Origin: Ascoidea asiatica JCM 7603 | Lineage: Eukaryota > Fungi > Ascomycota | Assembly: GCA_001600695.1 (NCBI GenBank) | Contig: BCKQ01000012.1 | Coordinates: 274,808 to 311,620, forward strand | Length of the DNA: 36,813 nt | Direction of reading: 5' to 3' | In this document: one piece after another, positions 31,004 to 36,813 of the stretch | Position numbering within the stretch: the first letter of the stretch is position 1 | How the letters are laid out: each line of letters starts with the position of its first letter | The notes under the pieces: model-generated | The model's input: the letters and a program-made list of their open reading frames with translations, nothing else | The model's database searches: none | What the model was told of the DNA's origin: nothing | Position numbers and translations under genes: made by a program

Positions 31004-32359
31004 TTTATGAATTAATAATTTTCAAATAGTTACTAGATTTGATTTTTCAAAAGGAGATGTGGTTTAATAGTATTTTTTATTACCAAACTAAAATGTTTTA
31101 AACAGAAAAAAAAAGAATTTATTATTCAGGGATCAAAACAATACAATTTGTAAGATTATATAAGAAACTGAAATATGATAAATCTTTAGCATTCAGAAAT
31201 CATTAAAAAAGAAACTTTTTTCCATGAATATTAAGCAAGTGATCAAAAATGCCTCCACATTTTGATCAAATCAACTCTGAACTAAAATAAATCGTCATCT
31301 TACAATTAGTTTTTTTTTGAAGTATTCAATTGAGTTAAATAAGGTTAATTTCAACAAATTCAATATAAAAATACAGTAAAATAAAAAAGTCCAGATCAAG
31401 GTGAACTCCGAAGTTTTAAGGATAAAATAAAATGCCTTTTCGTCTCTTTCCAAAGAGTCGATATTCTCATATCGATTGAGATGATATTTGTTTGCCTTCA
31501 AAAGACATAATTGCAAAGAAGATTATTCAAGAATCATGATTCTTGATAGGTTTTGCCATGAACCTTTAATAGAATACCGGAAAAAGAGTATTAGTATCCA
31601 ATAAAAGAGTTATTATTTTTTGGGATCAAAAAGGTGGATCATATTTTGAAAAAAATATTACAATCAGTAATGTTTGAAAGATGAAGAAATGTTTTCGAAA
31701 TTTATTTTAGGATTTAATATTCAGATATATTGAAAGTTTGAAGTAAATTTTACCCTAAAAATATATATTTATTTACATTACTGATTTAAATGAGGCAATA
31801 ATATCTTAAGGGAAAGGCAATTATGGAATAAACATACAAATTTACAAATTCACGAATACAAATTGAGCCATAAACAATGAAAATGCAAAAGAATGAAGAG
31901 CATTTTGAAGAAAATTATAATATTGTTTCATTTAGAAAATAGCCAAAAGTAAAATATACAGAAGAATAACAATACATTACAAGATCGTGATAAATTAAAA
32001 AAATGATAAAAAACAATAGCAAAATGAGATTTTAAAATTAAATTGTAAATAATAGATATAGGGAAAACCTGGATAAACGGTATAGTCTGAGAAAATAATA
32101 AAAAAATTTAAAAAAATAAAAAGCAATGTATTATAATAGAGATAAGAACATTTTAAAAGCAAAGCAAATAAATAGACCAATAAATAGACCGATGAATAAA
32201 TAAATTAAAGAAACAGATAAAAGAAAACTAGAAATTAAGCATTATTTTGAATGAGATATGTATATTAATTGTAATTGAGAATTTTGGAAACAAATATAAA
32301 TTTGTTGAATATTTTTTTTGAATGATTTTTTGAATGTTTTGAAGAAATAACTTTGGATT

Positions 32360-34696
32360 CTAAATAAAACCTTTGAGAGAATCTGAAAAGCTATCATCAT
32401 TTAAACTTGTATCACTACTTGAAGCAGTTATATTATGTTGAGAAACTTTAGAAGTTACTGGTGCTGCTGAAAGCTTAGAAGGAGAACCACCATTATTAGG
32501 AAACAGCAGATTTAAAGGTGAAGGAACAACATCATTATTAATGGTATTAATATGACTAAATTGAGAAAAATTAGGATGATTATTATCAGGTTTTCTAGGA
32601 GATGTATTTGTAGATGATGGTCTAGAAGAAGGTCTAGAAGAAGCCCTCGAGGAAGGTCTGGAAGAAAATTTCAATTGTTGTCTTGAAGAAAGTCCAGAGT
32701 TCGGCCTTGAATTTTGTTTTGTCATTAAACTTTTTCTTGGATCATTTGAATTTGAAGGTATAGATTTTCTTTGAGGAACAGAGTTATTTGAATGAATTTT
32801 TAATCTTGCAGATTCAGTTAAATTTGTATAATTTAAAGAATTTTTTGATGTTGAAGAATCAATTGAGATTGAAGAATCAATTGAAGATTTACTATCAGGC
32901 CTACTTGATTGTTTCAATGGTTTTGTTGGTGTTAAAACTAATTTTTTTGATTTTGAATTTGGAGAATTATTTAAAGAACTATTAATTAAATTTTTTTTTG
33001 AAATTAATTCAGAATTTAAACTAAAATTAGGTTTAGTTGGAGATGAATTATTAGATTCAAATGATTGATCAATTGAATGATCAAAAGAACTATTATTACT
33101 TTTTTTTGAAGAAACTGAAGGATTTCTTAAATTTATAATACTTGAATTATTTTCAATTGAAGGACTAGATATGGATGAATGATCACTTGAAAATTTTAGA
33201 TTATTGAAAGATTTTCTTGGAGATATAACTGGTGGTTTTTTCAAAAATTTATCATTTTCTTTCTTTTGTAGTTTTTCTTTTTTTTCTTTTTTTTCTAAAT
33301 TTTTTGCTTTTTTTTTTTCCTCTTTTTTCTTATCTTCTTTAGCTATTTGCTCTTTAATTCTTTCTTCCCTAGCTTTTAGTTCCTTGACTTTTTGTTCTTT
33401 GGCTATTATTTCTTCTTTAAGTTTTGGTTCTTCTCTTTTAGTTTTTGTTTCTTGAAAATTATTTTTTACTTCTTCTGTTTTATATTTTATTTTGTCTGAC
33501 TTTTCCTTTATTTCATTATCTTTTTGCTCTTGTTTTTTAATATTATTTGAGATTAAAATATCATTTAATAATTTTGAAGAGTAATTAAATTCATTTTCAA
33601 CATTACTATTAATAATATTGCTATTATTACTATTAATATTATTATTATTATTATTACTAGTATTTTTATAATTTAATTGATCATTATTCATATATTTATT
33701 ATTATTAATATTATTAAATTCATTAATATCATTTAAAATAAATTTTAAAATTATATTTAAATTTAATAAAATATAAGTTATGAATAAAAAAGATAATAAA
33801 AATATTAAAAAATTTAAAAAATTTATAAATATATAATTATCTATAATATTTGATTTTTCAGTTAAATATAAATCTAATTTAATTGTATAATTTATAAAAG
33901 GATATACATAATCATTATAGATTAAATTATCTTTTAAATTTTCTAATTTATCTAAACAATTAATAAATAAAATATTTAAAAATTTAATATATTTATTATT
34001 TGATATAAATTGAATTAATAAATTAAATAAATCAGATTTAAATTGAGATAAGTTATCATATAAGTTTTTCATTAATTTGTTATCATTGATATAACTAGTA
34101 ATAGAGTTATTTAAAGAATTATAATAATTAAATAAAGGATTATTTTCATAATTTATATTTGATAAATATTGATAAAATTTATTCAGTTCATATCTTTTAA
34201 AGAAATTTTCCCAAAATGAATTATTAGATGAAGAATCAATCGAATCATTTAATGAATTTGAAGATAAATTTTGATTTTTTTCAAAAGTTTCAAGATTTTG
34301 AATATTATAAATACTATTTATAGTTTTTAAATTATCTATATCATTAATTTGATAAGATTCAGATTGTGATTCAGATTCAGATTCAGATTTATCTGTTTGT
34401 AAATTATTAACAATAGATAATGAAGAAGGTGTAGATAAATCAGTTGATAAAGTTTCAATACCAAAAGGTAATAAATTCATAACATTATAAATTTTGAAAT
34501 TATTTGAGGCAGAATTTAAATTATTTGCATCAGTGATTAAAAGAAGACTATTATTATTATTATCTGAAGAGCTTTTATTTAAATTAGAATTAGAACCAGA
34601 TGATAAAAAATATAAAGAAGGATCTTCAATTAGGATTGTTGTAAAAAATGGTATAAGCCAAGTCACTGCGGTTATCATTAAAAAAGTAAAAATCAT
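32360..34696 (-). CDS. Uncharacterised membrane protein: N-terminal hydrophobic segment, internal TM helix, Lys/Glu coiled coil, Ser-rich tail
   Basis: A 778-codon ORF in very AT-rich DNA is unlikely by chance. Hydrophobic MIFTFLMITAVTWLIPFFTTILI and FINFLNFLIFLLSFLFITYILL segments; no family recognised. Confidence 0.75.
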   Translation of the reverse strand: MIFTFLMITAVTWLIPFFTTILIEDPSLYFLSSGSNSNLNKSSSDNNNNSLLLITDANNLNSASNNFKIYNVMNLLPFGIETLSTDLSTPSSLSIVNNLQTDKSESESESQSESYQINDIDNLKTINSIYNIQNLETFEKNQNLSSNSLNDSIDSSSNNSFWENFFKRYELNKFYQYLSNINYENNPLFNYYNSLNNSITSYINDNKLMKNLYDNLSQFKSDLFNLLIQFISNNKYIKFLNILFINCLDKLENLKDNLIYNDYVYPFINYTIKLDLYLTEKSNIIDNYIFINFLNFLIFLLSFLFITYILLNLNIILKFILNDINEFNNINNNKYMNNDQLNYKNTSNNNNNNINSNNSNIINSNVENEFNYSSKLLNDILISNNIKKQEQKDNEIKEKSDKIKYKTEEVKNNFQETKTKREEPKLKEEIIAKEQKVKELKAREERIKEQIAKEDKKKEEKKKAKNLEKKEKKEKLQKKENDKFLKKPPVISPRKSFNNLKFSSDHSSISSPSIENNSSIINLRNPSVSSKKSNNSSFDHSIDQSFESNNSSPTKPNFSLNSELISKKNLINSSLNNSPNSKSKKLVLTPTKPLKQSSRPDSKSSIDSSISIDSSTSKNSLNYTNLTESARLKIHSNNSVPQRKSIPSNSNDPRKSLMTKQNSRPNSGLSSRQQLKFSSRPSSRASSRPSSRPSSTNTSPRKPDNNHPNFSQFSHINTINNDVVPSPLNLLFPNNGGSPSKLSAAPVTSKVSQHNITASSSDTSLNDDSFSDSLKGFI

Positions 34697-34872
34697 TGTT
34701 TATTTCATTATTTGCAATGGATATAAAAGTATAATTAAAGGAGATGTAGCTAAGAAGCGTAGATTATTTATGGATTGTTTATTGATAATTCTCGAATAAT
34801 TGTTAATGATGATCCATATGTTTGTGTATATTCTAGTATATTTCCTAGATTATATATATATATTTGTTGAGA

Positions 34873-34930
34873 TTTGTAAATTTGTAAATTTGTATATTTG
34901 TATATTTGTATATTTGTTTACGTTTGTTTA
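34873..34930. repeat. 8-bp tandem repeat TTTGTWWA, about 7 units, upstream of the orphan gene
   Basis: tttgtaaa x2, tttgtata x3, tttgttta x2 (last unit offset by 2 bp). Confidence 0.75.
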
Positions 34931-35451
34931 TTAAATTCATTTTGTTTGCTCTGTTCCTGGAATCGCTCAGATCTGTCAAATCTGCTAGCTTCAAACGTTG
35001 GCGACTCATTTCACGAGTCGCGTTTCACGAGTCGTATTTCTTCTGCACACGCAGTTTACTTTTGTGCACAGAAAGCAGAAAATTGGATTTTATCAGGGCT
35101 CTACTACAGGGGAGTCTGGTAGGGCTCTGGAGAAGTCAATATTAACCCCAGAAGCATGGTACGAGTCAATTAAAAATAAACAGATCATGTGCTATATGGA
35201 GACCATAAAGTAGGATGTTTTATAAATTGATTCTGGGGTAATTCATCACAGGACAACTTAACGTTACACAAAGAAATAAATAAAAAAACAATCTAAGGAT
35301 ATTTAAATAGAATAAACTATCTAAAAGAATATAGGGGATACGAAATAAATAAAAAATATAAAATAATGAGATTGGAATATAATATGAAAATATTAGAAAA
35401 AGGAATATGAAAAGAGAAAAATGACTTTATAATGAGATTTTAATGAAATTA

Positions 35452-36813
35452 TTAAATAAAAAATAAAAGAATTGATGATAATATAATGAAAAATCTTGAA
35501 GCAGTTAAACTATTACCAGAATTAGATTCAACAAATGACATTGAATTTCCTGTTGTTTCAATCAAAGATGAAGTTCCAGTAGCAAATACTTTTCCACTAT
35601 TAGTATCTATGATATTAGTAGCTATAGACGACCTTATAAGAGTAGAAGTTGATAATGTGTCAAAAAAACTCAAACTAACTGTTGGTTCCATAATTGTATT
35701 ACCATATTCACTATTAGTTTTATACACTGATCTATTATGACTATCAGTAAATTCTGTTGACTGGATATCTTTTAATGCACCCAATGTTTTATAATTATAT
35801 AATGAAGAAGTAAGTTCTCCATTAGAATATCCACTTGCTGAATGTGCTATTGTTATACCGACTGCATTACTTAAATTTGACACATCCGAAGAAATAGAAT
35901 TAGAATATACTGTACGTGTGCTTGCTTTATCTGTTAATGTACTTGAGTAGATTGATTCAGTTTCTTTTAATTGAGAATCCACTCCAACACTAGCACTGTC
36001 GGAATTAACTAAATCAATTATTTTTAGTAAAGAACTAGAAGAGTCACTAGTTGGAATTGAAGTTGTGAAGCTTGAAATACTTGCTTCATAATTTAAGGAT
36101 TCTGATATAGTTTCAGATTCAGTTTTGAATGCAATTGAATAGCCAGATGAATAAGCATACCTATTTTTAGTTAAAATAGTTGAATATTTAGTGCTCTCTT
36201 CAAAACTATCACTAATTACAGTATTGGAAGTAATTAAGGAATTATATGTTGAAATTTGGATATCTGTCGATAATATCCCTTCAGATTCACTTGGAAATGG
36301 AAATTGGTTACTTTTAGTCTTTTGGTTTGAATTTGAATTGGATGAAGAATCCGAATTTGTTGATGTGAAAATTGTTGAACTGGGTTCAGAAGTAGAAACA
36401 CTAGTTAAAACAACACCATTACTTGAAAGTAAACTGTATAAAAGAGTTTTAGTTATTTCCACTGAACTTCCAAAAGAATCAGTTGGTATCGATGTACTAA
36501 CAGGCATAGTACGAGAAGTTGATGTGGATGGAATTGTTAGCATACTGGAAGAAGAAAAATAAGGTGAAGAAAAATAGGAAACAGTATTTATAATCTTCGT
36601 TTCTAGTTTACTTACCTCTTCGCAAAAGCTTTTACCTATAGTTCCACTGGAGGCTATTTCAGAATAAAATAAAGTTTCTTTTATATTCACAGTGCTTCCA
36701 TCCGAATCAGTACTTGTAATCTCTGTTACAAAAGGAGTACATGCTGAAGAAGAAGAAGAAGAAGTTGAAATTGATACCATAGTCATTGATGAATCACACA
36801 CGCTAGTTTCCAT
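35452..36813 (-). CDS. 3' part of a second GPI-anchored Ser/Thr-rich protein, paralogous to 10721-14032 (5'-truncated by the window edge)
   Basis: Contains the same Cys-paired repeat (ACTPFVTEITSTDSDGST...ETLFYSEIASSGTIGKSFC) and a similar GPI tail (ESNSGNSLTASRFFIILSSILLFFI). There is no signal peptide, and the ORF runs to the window end, so the ATG at 36813 is probably internal. Confidence 0.82.
   Translation of the reverse strand: METSVCDSSMTMVSISTSSSSSSACTPFVTEITSTDSDGSTVNIKETLFYSEIASSGTIGKSFCEEVSKLETKIINTVSYFSSPYFSSSSMLTIPSTSTSRTMPVSTSIPTDSFGSSVEITKTLLYSLLSSNGVVLTSVSTSEPSSTIFTSTNSDSSSNSNSNQKTKSNQFPFPSESEGILSTDIQISTYNSLITSNTVISDSFEESTKYSTILTKNRYAYSSGYSIAFKTESETISESLNYEASISSFTTSIPTSDSSSSLLKIIDLVNSDSASVGVDSQLKETESIYSSTLTDKASTRTVYSNSISSDVSNLSNAVGITIAHSASGYSNGELTSSLYNYKTLGALKDIQSTEFTDSHNRSVYKTNSEYGNTIMEPTVSLSFFDTLSTSTLIRSSIATNIIDTNSGKVFATGTSSLIETTGNSMSFVESNSGNSLTASRFFIILSSILLFFI

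Noticed and set aside
29000-32300. Mobile-element boundaries around the kinase gene
   Set aside because: No terminal inverted repeats, LTRs, target-site duplications or transposase remnants were visible by eye; the small ORFs 31295-31516 and 31995-32180 look like AT-rich noise.

Overview
Very AT-rich, apparently intron-free genomic DNA from a budding yeast (Saccharomycotina); the species cannot be determined from the sequence. It carries ten protein genes and one tRNA, in this order: PSE1/KAP121 importin-beta (+), tRNA-Gln(UUG) (-), mitochondrial threonyl-tRNA synthetase MST1 (-), a verprolin VRP1 lacking recognisable WH2 domains (+), a large GPI-anchored adhesin-like protein with Cys-paired 57-aa repeats (-), alternative oxidase (+), an FKS3-type 1,3-beta-glucan synthase (+), a CBS/PB1 (Mug70-like) protein (-), a 630-aa protein joining a possible degenerate restriction-endonuclease-like region to an atypical kinase (-), an orphan membrane protein (-), and the 3' part of a second GPI protein paralogous to the first (-). 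The best candidate for an undescribed system is the nuclease-fold/kinase gene. Its architecture recalls Spok meiotic drivers and Crinkler-type effectors, and it lies beside two putatively sporulation-linked genes with MSE-like sites. Also notable are the repeat adhesin family, the WH2-less verprolin, the distribution of CTG codons, kb-scale GC3 gradients and GC-rich promoter islands with clustered motifs. All homology calls rest on motifs recognised by eye; no searches were run.
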